A DNA stretch of 64,000 nt from an uncultured Acidobacteriota bacterium (GCA_963772255.1 CAVYWK010000022.1:242525-306524), one strand, 5' to 3'. Positions 39,624 to 50,559 are shown, counted from the first letter of the stretch. The notes: generated from the sequence alone by a model not told the origin. Made by a program: numbers and translations.

Positions 39624-41987
39624 TCAGGTGGCGGACCCCTGCTCGGTCCGGGTGATGATCTCCTCCTGCAGGGCCGCCGACAGATCGCAGAAGTAATCAC
39701 TGTAGCCGGCCACTCGAACGATGAGGTCCCGATGCTGCTCCGGGTGGTACTGGGCCTCCCGGAGAGTTGCCGCGCTCACCACGTTGAACTGTACGTGGTG
39801 GCCGTCCAGTTTGAAGTAGCCTCGAACCAGCCGGGTCAGGGCTTCGATGCCCTCTTCCCCCGCGAGAAGGGAAGGGGTGAATTTCATGTTGAGGAGGGTC
39901 CCTCCCGTCTTCACATGGTCCATTTTCCCCGCGGAACGAAGGACCGCCGTGGGCCCGTGCCGGTCGGCCCCCTGCACCGGGGAGATGCCCTCGGAAAGAG
40001 GGAGGAGAGCTCGGCGACCGTCGGGGGTGGCCCCCGTTTTGGAGCCGAAGTACACGTGGCACGTGGTGGGTAGCATCTCAACGCGGTGGTGGCCGCCCTT
40101 CCCGTTGGGGCGCCCGTCCACCCGCCTCAGGAGTTCCTGGAACACGCGGACCATGAGGTCGTCGGCGAAGTCATCGTCATTCCCATATTTGCGGGTCTTG
40201 TTCACCAGCCGTTGGCGCAGGGGCTCGCGCCCTTCGTAATCGGTGTCCAGCGCGGCGATGAATTCGGCGGGTGAAAGGGCGCCCTCCTCGAAGGCCAGCT
40301 GCTTCAGGGCCGAAAGGCTGTCGGCGATGGTCCCTATGCCCACGAATTGGATGAAGGTGTTGTTGTAGCGTGCCCCTCCCGCGTTGTAATCCCTGGCGGT
40401 CCCGATGCAGTCGTCCGTGAGGACCGAGAGGAAGGGGGCCGGCATGAGGGTGGCGAACATCCGCTCCACGAGCATGTTCCCGCGGATCTTGATGTCGAGA
40501 AAGTGCCCCAACTGGACGGCGAAGGCATCGAAGAGGTGGTCGAAGGAGGTGAACGTGTCGGGCGCTCCCGTCTTGGGGCCTAGCTGGTTCCCGGTGAAGG
40601 GATCCACGCCGTCGTGCAGGGCCAGTTCCAAGATTTTGGGAAGGTTGAAATAGCCCGTAAGGATGTAGGCCTCTTTCCCGAAGGCCCCCACCTCTACGCA
40701 GCCGCTGCAGCCCCCGGCGCGGGCATCCTCGATGGTCTTGCCCTGGCGGAGTTGCTCCTCCACCACGGCATCGGCGTTGAAGACCGAGGGGAAGCCATAC
40801 CCCTTTCGGATGACCCGCAGGGCACGCTTCAGGAAGGCGTCGGGGGTCTTTCGAGAGATCTGCACGTTGCTGCTGGGTTGGAGCAGGTGCATCTCGTCCA
40901 CGATTTCGAGGAGGAGATGGGAAACCTCGTTCGAGCCATCGGAACCGTCGGGGAGGAGTCCGCCCAGGTTGATGTTGGCGAAATCCGTATAGGTGCCGCT
41001 CTCTGCCGCGGTCACCCCCACCTTGGGCGGCGCCGGGTGGTTGTTGAACTTCACGAAGAAAGCCTCGAGGAGTTCCCGGGCGCCCTCCACCGTCAGGGTC
41101 CCCTCCTCCAGTCCGCGCCGGTAGAAAGGCAGGAGGTGGAGGTCGAGATGGCCCGGGCTGAAGGCATCCCAGCCGTTCAGTTCGGTGATCACGGCGAGGT
41201 GACAGAACCAATAGGCCTGGAGGGCCTCGTGGAGATCCCGCGGGGCGTGCGCGGGGACCTGGCGGCAAACCCCGGCGATCTTGAGAAGCTCGGCGCGGCG
41301 GGTCGCGTCCCGCTCGGAGGCGGCCATCTCCTCTGCGAGGGCGGCATGCCGGTGGGCAAAATGGATGGCCGCGTCGCAGGCGATGGCCATGGCCCGGAGC
41401 TGCTCCCGCTTGCCGTAGGCCTCCCCATCGGTGGCAAAGTCCAGGGCGCCTATGGCGCCGGCGATGTCTTCTTTGAATTCCAGCAGACCCTTCCTGTAAA
41501 TTTTGCCGTCCAGGACCGTGTGTCCCGGGGCGCGTTGTTCCATGAACTCGGTGAAGATGCCAGCCCCGTACGCTTCATGCCATTCCTCCGGAAGTTCGGC
41601 GAAGAGGCGGTCCCTCATGGAGCGCCCCTCCCAGTAAGGGATGACCACCGTCTCGTAGGCATCCAAGCATGCGCCGTCCACGAGATAGCGGGTCTTCTCG
41701 CGGGTGTTGAGGATGCGGAGGTCCTCCAGGGTGTGGCACGTGAGCTCGGGGTAGGTGGGGACACGCTTGGGTGCGGGGCCGCGCTCCCCCACGATGAGCT
41801 CCCCTTCGCCGATCCACAGGGTCTTGCGCTGGCACAGGCGCTCGAAGCAGCGAGCCCGCATGACGGCGACCGAGAGCTTTCCCCCATGCTCCTTGTAGAA
41901 TTCCGTGACGAGCAGGGCCCGCTCCTCGGAAAGGGAGGCGGGAGTCGCCAGGCTTTGCTGGCGAAGCCATCTCGTTCGCTCGTTCAT
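39624..41987 (-). CDS. hypD: Glycyl radical enzyme, trans-4-hydroxy-L-proline dehydratase type
   Basis: EFMEQRAPGH, ELNGWDAF, NNHPAPPKVG, ESGTYTDF, SGCVE, LPTTCHVYFG and RVAGYS. These match the HypD active-site segments as I recall them. Confidence 0.9.
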   Translation of the reverse strand: MNERTRWLRQQSLATPASLSEERALLVTEFYKEHGGKLSVAVMRARCFERLCQRKTLWIGEGELIVGERGPAPKRVPTYPELTCHTLEDLRILNTREKTRYLVDGACLDAYETVVIPYWEGRSMRDRLFAELPEEWHEAYGAGIFTEFMEQRAPGHTVLDGKIYRKGLLEFKEDIAGAIGALDFATDGEAYGKREQLRAMAIACDAAIHFAHRHAALAEEMAASERDATRRAELLKIAGVCRQVPAHAPRDLHEALQAYWFCHLAVITELNGWDAFSPGHLDLHLLPFYRRGLEEGTLTVEGARELLEAFFVKFNNHPAPPKVGVTAAESGTYTDFANINLGGLLPDGSDGSNEVSHLLLEIVDEMHLLQPSSNVQISRKTPDAFLKRALRVIRKGYGFPSVFNADAVVEEQLRQGKTIEDARAGGCSGCVEVGAFGKEAYILTGYFNLPKILELALHDGVDPFTGNQLGPKTGAPDTFTSFDHLFDAFAVQLGHFLDIKIRGNMLVERMFATLMPAPFLSVLTDDCIGTARDYNAGGARYNNTFIQFVGIGTIADSLSALKQLAFEEGALSPAEFIAALDTDYEGREPLRQRLVNKTRKYGNDDDFADDLMVRVFQELLRRVDGRPNGKGGHHRVEMLPTTCHVYFGSKTGATPDGRRALLPLSEGISPVQGADRHGPTAVLRSAGKMDHVKTGGTLLNMKFTPSLLAGEEGIEALTRLVRGYFKLDGHHVQFNVVSAATLREAQYHPEQHRDLIVRVAGYSDYFCDLSAALQEEIITRTEQGSAT

Positions 41988-41991
41988 GGCA

Positions 41992-42881
41992 TCATCCTCC
42001 GATGGTCACGGTGAGGCCCGCGCGCTCGAAGGGTTTCGCGAGCCGCGCCAGGTGTTCACCTGAAAGGGCTGGGGCGATTGGCGGCAACGGGGGCCTCCCC
42101 AGCCGAACCCCCTTCTCCGTCCCAAAGTCGTGGCAGGGCAAAAGGCTCACGCGCCGGACGCCCGGAAGGACCGAAGCGAGGTCCGCCACGGCGGCCATAT
42201 TGTCCAGATCGTCGTTCACACCGGCCACCACGGGGATGCGGAGCCAAAGGTTGGAGTGGACCCGCGACACGGCGCGGAGGTTCTCCAGGATGACTTCGTT
42301 GGAGCCCCCCGTGAAGCGCTCGTGGAGGCCCTTGTCCATGACCTTCACATCGAAGAGGACCAGGTCCGCAAGGCGGGCGGCTGCCAGAAGGTCCCCCGTG
42401 GGAGCGAAGGCGCAGGTGTCGAGGGCCGAGTGCAATCCCTCGGCTCGGCACGCCTCGAGGCACGCCATGAGAAAGGCCGGCTGAGCCAGGGGTTCGCCGC
42501 CGGAAAAGGTGACACCGCCCCGAGACTCCTCGTAGAAAATCCGATCCCGCAGAATCTGGGCCATCACCTCGGTGAGGGTGAACTGGCGGCCCATCACCTC
42601 CCGGGCGCCCGTGGGGCAGGCGTCGGCGCAGCTCCCGCAGCGGTCGCAGGTCGCCTCCCCCCGGTCGCGGCACCGGTGGGACAGGCCTCACGGCAAGCTC
42701 CGCACCGGATGCATCGGCCCGCGGACCACATCACCTCCGGGGAGGCAACCTGGCTCTCGGGATTGTGGCACCAGTGACAGCGGAGGGGGCACCCCTTGAA
42801 GAAGACGGTGGTGCGGAGGCCCGGACCGTCGTGGACCGAGAACCGCTGTATGTTGAAGATGAGGCCCGATGGTTCGCTCAC
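41992..42881 (-). pseudogene. Glycyl-radical activating enzyme interrupted by a -1 frameshift in a G6 run (may be a sequence error)
   Basis: [21 protein letters not shown] and the first CxxCxxC are in one frame; the second CxxCxxC, SGGEPL and LRIPV are in another. One added base at 42657-62 gives 296 aa. Confidence 0.88.
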
Positions 42882-42918
42882 GGACTCCTCTCCCCCGCGC
42901 GGATCTGTCCCGCGGTGG

Positions 42919-44295
42919 TCAGTTCTCCAGCCGTTCTAAGAAACGGATGAGGGATTCTGTGCCGCCGTAGAAGTTCTCGATGAGGAACTTCTCGTTGGGC
43001 CCGTGCGCGGCGCAGTCGGGAAGGCCGAAGCCCATGAGGAGCGAGGGGGCCTTAAGATATTTCCCAAAGGCGGCCACGATGGGGATGGAGCCTCCGGTCC
43101 GGATGAACACGGTTTCCTTGCCGTAGACTGCTCGCATGGCGTCCGCGGCCACCTGGACGAACCGGTTGTCCGTGTCCACCACGATGGCCTCGCCCGCGCC
43201 CAACAATTTCACATCGATGCGGATGCCTCTGGGGCAGAGGGATCTCACGTAGGCTTGATAGAGTTCGAAGATTTCTACCGGGTCCTGATCGGGCACGAGG
43301 CGCATGGAAACTTTGGCCGAGGCCCTGGCGGGGATGACGGTCTTGGCGCCAGCGCCCGTGAACCCCCCCGGCATGCCGTGGACTTCGAGGGTGGGACGGG
43401 CCCAGGTCCGATACATGACCGAATACCCAGGCTCCCCCGTGAGTTCCGTGGATCCCACCTCGTTCTTGAGATATTCGGCCTCGTCGAAGGGCAGGGAGGC
43501 CCAGGCCTTCAATTCCGCCTCCGTGGGGGGCTTCACCTTCTCGTAAAAACCGGGGACGAGAATGCGGCCGTTCTCATCCTTCAGCTTGGCGATGATCTGG
43601 CAGAGTGCGAAGAGGGGATTGGGCGAGGCCCCCCCGTAGGAGCCCGAGTGGAGGTCGCTTGCCGGCCCCTGAGCCTCGATCTGGGTGTAGACCATGCCGC
43701 GCAGCCCCACGGTCAGGCTGGGCAGACCGGGGGCGAACATCTCGGTGTCCGAGACCACCACCACATCGCAGGCCAGGCGCTCGGGGTGGGCCTTGATGAA
43801 CGCGTCGATGCCCGCACCGCTGACCTCCTCTTCGCCCTCGATGATCACCCGGACGTTGAGTGGAAGCCTGCCGCCGCGCGTCTTCATGAGGGATTCGAGG
43901 GCCTTCAGGTGCATGACCATCTGCCCCTTGTCGTCCGTGGATCCCCGGGCGTAGAGGTTCCCGTCGCGCTCCACGGGCTCGAAGGGCGGCGAGGTCCACT
44001 CCTCGATGGGGTCAGCGGGCTGCACGTCGTAGTGGCCGTAACACAGGACCGTGGGGGTGCCAGGAGCGTGGAGCCAGTCGCCGTAGACCAGCGGATGTCC
44101 CGCCGTGGGGATGATCTCCACGTGCTCCATGCCGGCCCGGGTCAGGTCGTCGGCCACCCATCGGGCCGCCCGCAGCATGTCGGGTTGGTGCTCCGGGAGC
44201 GTACTCACGCTCGGGATCCGGAGCAGCTCCTTCAACTCTTCTAAGAATCGCTCGCGGTTTGCGCGGGCGTACGCGATGGCGGGAGAGTCATTCAT
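42919..44295 (-). CDS. M20 family dipeptidase
   Basis: [26 protein letters not shown] and HGPNEK. Confidence 0.92.
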   Translation of the reverse strand: MNDSPAIAYARANRERFLEELKELLRIPSVSTLPEHQPDMLRAARWVADDLTRAGMEHVEIIPTAGHPLVYGDWLHAPGTPTVLCYGHYDVQPADPIEEWTSPPFEPVERDGNLYARGSTDDKGQMVMHLKALESLMKTRGGRLPLNVRVIIEGEEEVSGAGIDAFIKAHPERLACDVVVVSDTEMFAPGLPSLTVGLRGMVYTQIEAQGPASDLHSGSYGGASPNPLFALCQIIAKLKDENGRILVPGFYEKVKPPTEAELKAWASLPFDEAEYLKNEVGSTELTGEPGYSVMYRTWARPTLEVHGMPGGFTGAGAKTVIPARASAKVSMRLVPDQDPVEIFELYQAYVRSLCPRGIRIDVKLLGAGEAIVVDTDNRFVQVAADAMRAVYGKETVFIRTGGSIPIVAAFGKYLKAPSLLMGFGLPDCAAHGPNEKFLIENFYGGTESLIRFLERLEN

Positions 44296-44423
44296 GACCT
44301 GAACCTCCTGGGACAAGTTTAGCGCATCGGGGCGGTGCGGTGGCGTGCGATCGAAGCCACATCGAACCCGCGGGATTGAAACTCAACTTTGAACGCGCCG
44401 TAAGACATCGCAGGAGGTGGTTC

Positions 44424-45050
44424 ATGCGAAACATCCTGACTTCACCTAAGACCTTCACCGCCCTGCTGGCGGGCGTCCTGTCCTTCTTTCTTGCGCTTCC
44501 TGCCCTTGCGGCCGAGCCGGCGGCGGAGTTCGTGGCCCTCCGGATCCAAGGCAGCCACGACCAAGTGATCATCGAGATGCCCGCCCAGCTCCTCCAGTTC
44601 CTCGCCGAGCACAGCAAGGACGAGAAGTTCGACGTGGGGAACATCGGGGGCCGAGACGCCAAGTTCACGATGGCGGACCTGGTGAAGGTCGTCCAGAGCG
44701 GCAAGGCGAGGGACCACGAGGTGCTGTTTTTCACCGAGAAGGACGAGCACGGAGAGACGGGGACCTTCTACGTGAAGACCTTCACACGGAGGGGCCACGG
44801 TAGCCCGGGCAAGCCCAGCGGCCTGGTGTTCACGGTCCTCAAGGACGGCAAGGAGAAGGTCAGCCTCAGCGTGTCCATGGACACGGTGGCGTCCTGGGCG
44901 AAGGACTTCGGAAGCGACGAAACGGGCAAGGAGGCCGACGACTTCGGCCCCCTCGTCCGTTCGGCGCTGGCCTCAGCCAAGGAGCTGGGAGTGGGCGTCC
45001 TGCTCCGCATTGAATCGAAGGACGCGGAACTCATCTTCTCCCTGAAGTAG
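44424..45050 (+). CDS. Secreted hypothetical protein
   Basis: RBS aggagg, signal peptide ending ALA-AE, no recognised domain. Confidence 0.72.
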   Translation: MRNILTSPKTFTALLAGVLSFFLALPALAAEPAAEFVALRIQGSHDQVIIEMPAQLLQFLAEHSKDEKFDVGNIGGRDAKFTMADLVKVVQSGKARDHEVLFFTEKDEHGETGTFYVKTFTRRGHGSPGKPSGLVFTVLKDGKEKVSLSVSMDTVASWAKDFGSDETGKEADDFGPLVRSALASAKELGVGVLLRIESKDAELIFSLK

Positions 45051-45122
45051 ACGCCGGGCCTCGCTCCAGGCCTGGGCCGCCAGCAGAGATTCCGGCCCAG
45101 GCGGGGTTCTCTCGGTCGTCCG

Positions 45123-47297
45123 TTATCCCTTCTTCCCTCCGGGCCCCTGCACGGTCACGCCCAGCTGATAGAAGAGGAACGAGTAGACGTCCACGTTTTC
45201 CGTGATGCGTTCGGCGAGGGCCATGTCGATCCCGTGGCCGCTGCTGGAGCTCGTCCGGAGCAGGATGGGGGCTCCCGAAACACTGGCCGCCTGGAGGCGC
45301 GCCACGAACTTGCGGGACTGCATGGGGTCCACACGGGGGTCATTGGCCCCCGTGAGGAAGAGGGCGGGGGGGTAAGAGGTCTTGTCCGTCACGCCGTGGT
45401 AGGGAGAATAGGCGTAAAGCGCCTTGAACTGCAGGGGGTCTTTGACGCTGCCGTATTCGGTGACGTTGAAGGCGCCGTTGGTGGAGAGTTCTACGCGGAG
45501 CATGTCGTAGATCCCCACGAAGCTCACCACGGTCCGGAACATTTCAGGGTGCTGCACGAGTTCGGCGCCCATAAGGAGCCCGCCGTTGCTCCCCCCGATG
45601 ATGGCCAGGCGCGCGGGCTTGGTGTATCCCTTTTCGACCAGCGCGCGGGCACAGGCGGCAAAATCATCGAACACGTTCTGCTTGCGGGTCAGCCTTCCGG
45701 CGTCGTGCCAGGCTTCGCCGAACTCACCGCCGCCTCTCAGGCTGGCGATGGCGTAGATGCCCCCCTGCTCGATCCAGACGCGCTTGGCGGCGCTGAAGGT
45801 GGGCGTCTGGCTGATGCCGAACCCGCCGTATCCCGTGAGGAGCGCAGGGTTGTTGCCGTCCAGGGGCGTCCCCTTGCGCATGAGGATCACCAGGGGGACC
45901 TTGGTGCCGTCTTTGGACACGGCCTGGGTGGTGACCACCTCCGTGTCCGAGAAATCCGCGGGGGAGGTCTGCACCAGGGCCGTCTTTGAGATCTTCCCCG
46001 TGTGGGCGATGAACCGGACCCAGGCGGGCGGGTTGAGATACCCCTCCACGTCGAAAAGCAGGTCGTCCATTCCCGTGCGCACCAACTCCCCGACGCTGGT
46101 CTCCGGGGGGAGCGGGACCTCCCCGAGGGACTTGCCCTCGAGGTCGAAGATGCGGATGCGGGAGGGTCCGCCCAGCATTTCCCTGACATAGACGCGGGAG
46201 GCGGTGGGCCGGATTCCCTCCAGGACGGCTTCCGATTCGGGGACGACGACTCGGGCCTTGGTCAGGTCGGGCTCCGCCAGTGAAAGGCGAAGGACCTTTC
46301 CGCGCGGTGCGTCTTTGATGGAGAGGCAGTAGAGCGAGCCGCCTGGGCCGAACTCGGCGGCCTTCACCTGGTCCTTAAAGTCGGCCACGCGCGCCCACTT
46401 GCCCGAGGGGCCCATGAGGTAGAAGGCGTACTCGCCGCCGTCACCGTTGGCTACTGCGGCAAGGATGGCCGTCCCATCCTCGCTCCGCTTCAGTTCCGTC
46501 TCCGCGATCTTGGGGAAGTCGCGGCCGAGGGCGTACTCGTCCTTGGAATCGGGCGTCCCCAGGACGTGGTGGTAGATCTGCTGGTAGAAGTTCAGGTCCT
46601 CCGGGGGCCGTTCGGACCCACGGGGATAGCGGGTGTAGAAGAACCCCGTCCCGTCCTTGTCCCAGGCCACGCTACCGCCCCCCGTGCCCTCCTGGACGCG
46701 AACGATCTTCTCGTAGACCGGCTTGCCCGTGGCCACGTCGATGATCTGGAGCGTCCCGTCCTCGGAGCCGCCCACGGAGAGGGACACGGCCACGAACTTA
46801 CCGTCGGGGGAGGGGACGAACCAGTCGATGGCCGTGATGCCCCGCGGGTCTAAGAGGCCGGGATCCACCACCGGGTGGGCCGCATCGGGAGCGTCCAGCG
46901 GGAGCGTCACGAGAAAGGGCTGCTGCTTGGGCGGCTGGTTCTTCATGGCGAAGATGGTTCCCCCCTCGATGGTGAGGCCGTAGAACCGGGGCGAGGCTCC
47001 GCCCAGCAAGGCTGCAAATCGGGCCGCGAGCAGGTCCCGCCCCGGCAGCTTGTCGAGATAGAGGCGTGCGCACTCGTTTTGCGCACTGCTCCAGACCTTC
47101 ACCTTGATGTCGTTGCCATTTTCTAGCCAACGGTAGTCGTCCGTGACCCTCACCCCGTGGTAGGTGTCCGTCACGGGCAATTTGGGCGTCATGGGCGGGC
47201 ACCTGGGCCCGGGGGGAGCCGGTTGGGCAAATACCGAGAGCGAGGTGGCCAGCCATAGGGCCATGGGCAGAGCCAGAATCCGGGCGATGTGCTTCAT
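45123..47297 (-). CDS. Prolyl oligopeptidase (S9A), secreted
   Basis: Signal peptide, DDYRWLE, GYGGF, GGSNGG (Ser), DPRVDP (Asp) and SGHG (His). Confidence 0.95.
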   Translation of the reverse strand: MKHIARILALPMALWLATSLSVFAQPAPPGPRCPPMTPKLPVTDTYHGVRVTDDYRWLENGNDIKVKVWSSAQNECARLYLDKLPGRDLLAARFAALLGGASPRFYGLTIEGGTIFAMKNQPPKQQPFLVTLPLDAPDAAHPVVDPGLLDPRGITAIDWFVPSPDGKFVAVSLSVGGSEDGTLQIIDVATGKPVYEKIVRVQEGTGGGSVAWDKDGTGFFYTRYPRGSERPPEDLNFYQQIYHHVLGTPDSKDEYALGRDFPKIAETELKRSEDGTAILAAVANGDGGEYAFYLMGPSGKWARVADFKDQVKAAEFGPGGSLYCLSIKDAPRGKVLRLSLAEPDLTKARVVVPESEAVLEGIRPTASRVYVREMLGGPSRIRIFDLEGKSLGEVPLPPETSVGELVRTGMDDLLFDVEGYLNPPAWVRFIAHTGKISKTALVQTSPADFSDTEVVTTQAVSKDGTKVPLVILMRKGTPLDGNNPALLTGYGGFGISQTPTFSAAKRVWIEQGGIYAIASLRGGGEFGEAWHDAGRLTRKQNVFDDFAACARALVEKGYTKPARLAIIGGSNGGLLMGAELVQHPEMFRTVVSFVGIYDMLRVELSTNGAFNVTEYGSVKDPLQFKALYAYSPYHGVTDKTSYPPALFLTGANDPRVDPMQSRKFVARLQAASVSGAPILLRTSSSSGHGIDMALAERITENVDVYSFLFYQLGVTVQGPGGKKG

Positions 47298-47595
47298 GAA
47301 ATCCTCCTTGCAAGGCGCGGGACGTGAGGTCGCGCACGAGGAACGATTGTACTCCTGGGTCGAGGGGGCGGTGAACCGCTCGGCTCCGCCCCGGGCCACC
47401 CGAAGCGTGCATGGGATGTCAGGGACGCCCATGTGGCCGTGTCCGGGCGCGGGTCTCATGATACCGGGAGGCAGGGTGCAAATGGGAACCATCGGGGCCC
47501 GAACTGCGTAGAAGGATCCATTAGGGAGCCGACCCCCGATCTCGGGGGTCGCCGTGGGTGAATTTGTTGCGGCCGACGGGGCGAAAGGGGGCAAG

Positions 47596-49122
47596 ATGGG
47601 CCAGATTCACAGAAGGGACTTCATAAAGGTGGCCGGTGCGGGATTGGGGGCGGTGGCGGTCTCCTCCTTTTTCCACGACCGGCTCTGGGCGGGCACCGAA
47701 CCGCCCCCAGCAAGCGTCTTCGAGGACCGTTTCGGCGTGACCCGCGAGGACATGCGCAAGGTCCTCGCGGCCGCCCTTTCGAAGGGCGGGGATTTCGCCG
47801 AGCTGTTCTTCGAGTACAGGCTCGCCAACGCCGTCACCATGGAGGACGACATCATCAAGGAATCCTCCGAGGAGGTGGCGCTGGGCGTGGGCATCCGGGT
47901 CCTCAACGGCATGCAGACCGGGTACGGTTACACCAGCGACCTCTCCCTGCCGAAGATGAACGATGCGGCCCTCGCGGCCGCCGCCATCGCCAGCTCGGGC
48001 GGGAAGTTCGAGGCCAGGACCCTGGAGACCGTGAAGCCGGGGCGCCAGGTCTACACCATGGCCGCTCCGGTGGCGCAGGCTCCCCTGTCGGACAAGATCG
48101 CCCTCGTGAAGGAGGCCTATCTCGCCGCCCTGACCGCGGACAAACGCATCACCAAGGTTTCCTCGGGCCTCACCGATGAGCTGCAGTACATCACCATCGC
48201 GAACAGCGAGGGACTTCTGGTGTCCGACGCGCGGCCCCAGACGCGCATGCGGGTTCGCGCCACTGCGGAGGAGAACGGCGTGCGAAACACGGGTTCGGCC
48301 AACGCGGGCGGACGCGTGGGCATGGACTTCTACCGAGCCGAGGGAACCGGTCCCAGGGACCTGGGGAAAAAGGCGGTTTGGGAGGCGGTGACCCTCCTTT
48401 CCGCAGTCAATGCCCTGGCGGGTGACCAGCCCGTGGTCCTGGGCAAGGACGAATCGGGCGTCATGATCCACGAGGCCGTGGGGCACCCGCTGGAGGCCGA
48501 CGGCAACTGGAAGAAGACCTCCATCATGTGGGACAAGCTCGGCCAGATGGTGGCCAGCCCCCTGGTGACCATCAGCGACGATGCCACGATCCCCGGGTAC
48601 AGGGGAAGCCTCAACGTGGACGACGAGGGGACCGCCACCGGCTCGGCCCTGCTCATCGAGAAGGGCCGCCTCGTGGGCTACCTGCACGACCGCCTGTCGG
48701 CGCGCATCATGAAATTGCCCGCCAACGGACATGGCCGCAGGGAGGGGTTTACCCATATGCCCATCCCCAGGATGAACAACACCATCCTGGCCAAAGGTGA
48801 AGCGCGGCCGGAAGACATCCTCAAATCGGTGAAGAAGGGCTTCTACGCACAGACCTACCAGGGCGGTCAGGTGCAGGGGACGGGCAAGTTCACCTTCTCC
48901 GTGAATTTGGGCTTCCTCATCGAGGATGGCAAGCTCACGAGACCCGTGAAAAACGCCACCCTCATCGGGACCAACGTGCAGATCCTCAAGGAAGTGGAGA
49001 TGATCGGCAACGACATGGCCTTCTTCCTGGGAACCTGCGGCAAAGGCGGCCAGTGGCAGCCCGTCACCGCGGGAACCCCCACGCTGAAGATCCGACAGAT
49101 GACCGTAGGAGGCCGGGCATGA
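47596..49122 (+). CDS. tldD: TldD-family metalloprotease with twin-arginine signal
   Basis: HRRDFIK leader, HEAVGHPLEAD, DDEG, PRMNNT and TCGK. Confidence 0.93.
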   Translation: MGQIHRRDFIKVAGAGLGAVAVSSFFHDRLWAGTEPPPASVFEDRFGVTREDMRKVLAAALSKGGDFAELFFEYRLANAVTMEDDIIKESSEEVALGVGIRVLNGMQTGYGYTSDLSLPKMNDAALAAAAIASSGGKFEARTLETVKPGRQVYTMAAPVAQAPLSDKIALVKEAYLAALTADKRITKVSSGLTDELQYITIANSEGLLVSDARPQTRMRVRATAEENGVRNTGSANAGGRVGMDFYRAEGTGPRDLGKKAVWEAVTLLSAVNALAGDQPVVLGKDESGVMIHEAVGHPLEADGNWKKTSIMWDKLGQMVASPLVTISDDATIPGYRGSLNVDDEGTATGSALLIEKGRLVGYLHDRLSARIMKLPANGHGRREGFTHMPIPRMNNTILAKGEARPEDILKSVKKGFYAQTYQGGQVQGTGKFTFSVNLGFLIEDGKLTRPVKNATLIGTNVQILKEVEMIGNDMAFFLGTCGKGGQWQPVTAGTPTLKIRQMTVGGRA

Positions 49123-50459
49123 GCAGGGACACCCAGAGCATGAGGGGCTTGGCTGAAACCCTCCTCCGGTACGGAAAATCCAAGGGTGCCACCGAGATGG
49201 AGGTGGCCATCGACGAGGGCACCGAATTCAGCGTGAGGGTCCTCAACCAGGAGGTCGAGAAGCTCACCCAGGCGGGATCCAAGGGCATCGCCCTGCGCGT
49301 CATCGTGGAGGGCAAAACCGCCACGGCCTCCTCCTCGGACTTCACGAAGGCGACCCTGGAAAAACTGGTGGACGGTGCCGTGACCCGGGCGCGCCTTTCG
49401 GGAAAAGACCCCTTCGCGGGACTACCCGACCTGGAGGGTGTGGCCGTCGATGCCGCGACCCTCCAGATTTACGACCCCGCCGTGGGCGAGATCCCCGCCG
49501 AGAAGAAGCTGGCTCTGGCCCGAGAGGCGGAGGCCGCGGGCCTCAAGGAGAAGGGTGTCACCAAGTCCCTGGGAGCCGGTTGCGGCACCGTGGTCCTGGA
49601 TCGCCTCCTGGTCAACTCCAAGGGATTCGCCGGATCCTACCGGCGGACCTCCATCTTCCTGGGATCGTCCTACCAGGCGGGCGAGGGGGATAACCTCTTT
49701 CAGGACGGATGGTACGACAGCTCCGTGAGCCTCAAGGACCTCATGGGTGCGGAGGCCCTGGGCAAAAAGGCGGCCGGGCAGGTGACCCGCTTGGTGGGCG
49801 CGCGCAAGGTGCCCACGCAAAATGTGCCGGTGATCCTCGAGCCCCCTATGACTGGGCAGATCCTGGGCTTTCTGGCGCGGTGTCTCTCGGGGGACGCCGT
49901 GGACCAGCGCCAGACCTTTCTGGCAGGCAAGCTGGGCGAGGCCGTGGGCAACGGCCTGGTGAACATCGTGGACGACGGCCTCCTGCCCGCAGGCCGGGCC
50001 ACGGCACCCTTCGACGACGAAGGGGTCCCTGCCCGGCGGACCGCGGTCATCGAAAAGGGCCTCCTCAAGAGCTACCTGCTGGACACCTACTACGGCCGGA
50101 AGCTCAAGCTCAGATCCACGGGCAACGCCGCCGGCCCCACGAATTTCTACTGGGCCGCGGGGGACAAGACCCCCGAGCAGATTCTCAAGTCGGTGGACAG
50201 GGGGCTCCTGCTGACGGGGACCCTCGGGCAGGGCACTGTGCCCACCACGGGAGACATCTCCGTGGGCGCCTTCGGGCTCTGGATCGAAAAGGGCGAGGTG
50301 GTCCATCCCGTGGCCGAGATCACCATCTCGGGCAACCTGGGCGAACTGCTCAAAGGCGTGGAAATGGTGGGTAGCGACCTGGAGTTCCGCCGCGCGCTCA
50401 CGGGTCCCACCGTCAAGTTCTCCCAGATGACCGTGGGCGGCAAGGGCAGCGCGTCCTGA
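49119..50459 (+). CDS. tldE: TldE/PmbA-family partner
   Basis: ATGA-coupled to tldD. Has PFDDEG, GDISVG and EITISGN, and lacks HExxxH. Confidence 0.92.
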   Translation: MSRDTQSMRGLAETLLRYGKSKGATEMEVAIDEGTEFSVRVLNQEVEKLTQAGSKGIALRVIVEGKTATASSSDFTKATLEKLVDGAVTRARLSGKDPFAGLPDLEGVAVDAATLQIYDPAVGEIPAEKKLALAREAEAAGLKEKGVTKSLGAGCGTVVLDRLLVNSKGFAGSYRRTSIFLGSSYQAGEGDNLFQDGWYDSSVSLKDLMGAEALGKKAAGQVTRLVGARKVPTQNVPVILEPPMTGQILGFLARCLSGDAVDQRQTFLAGKLGEAVGNGLVNIVDDGLLPAGRATAPFDDEGVPARRTAVIEKGLLKSYLLDTYYGRKLKLRSTGNAAGPTNFYWAAGDKTPEQILKSVDRGLLLTGTLGQGTVPTTGDISVGAFGLWIEKGEVVHPVAEITISGNLGELLKGVEMVGSDLEFRRALTGPTVKFSQMTVGGKGSAS

Positions 50460-50480
50460 ATCCAGGGTTCAGTCGACGCA

Positions 50481-50514
50481 AAACGGGGAGGCGGTTTCGG
50501 CCACCTCCCCGTTT
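50481..50514. terminator. Bidirectional intrinsic terminator
   Basis: AAACGGGGAGG..TTCG..CCTCCCCGTTT between convergent genes. Confidence 0.78.
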
Positions 50515-50559
50515 GACGCTCAGCCTTCTTTCAACGATCCCGCGCACGAGGCGGGCTCT

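Noticed and set aside
39624-41987. Pyruvate formate-lyase or choline TMA-lyase call
   Set aside because: Single-Cys GCVE motif rather than the PFL Cys-Cys, and the HypD-type segments are present.
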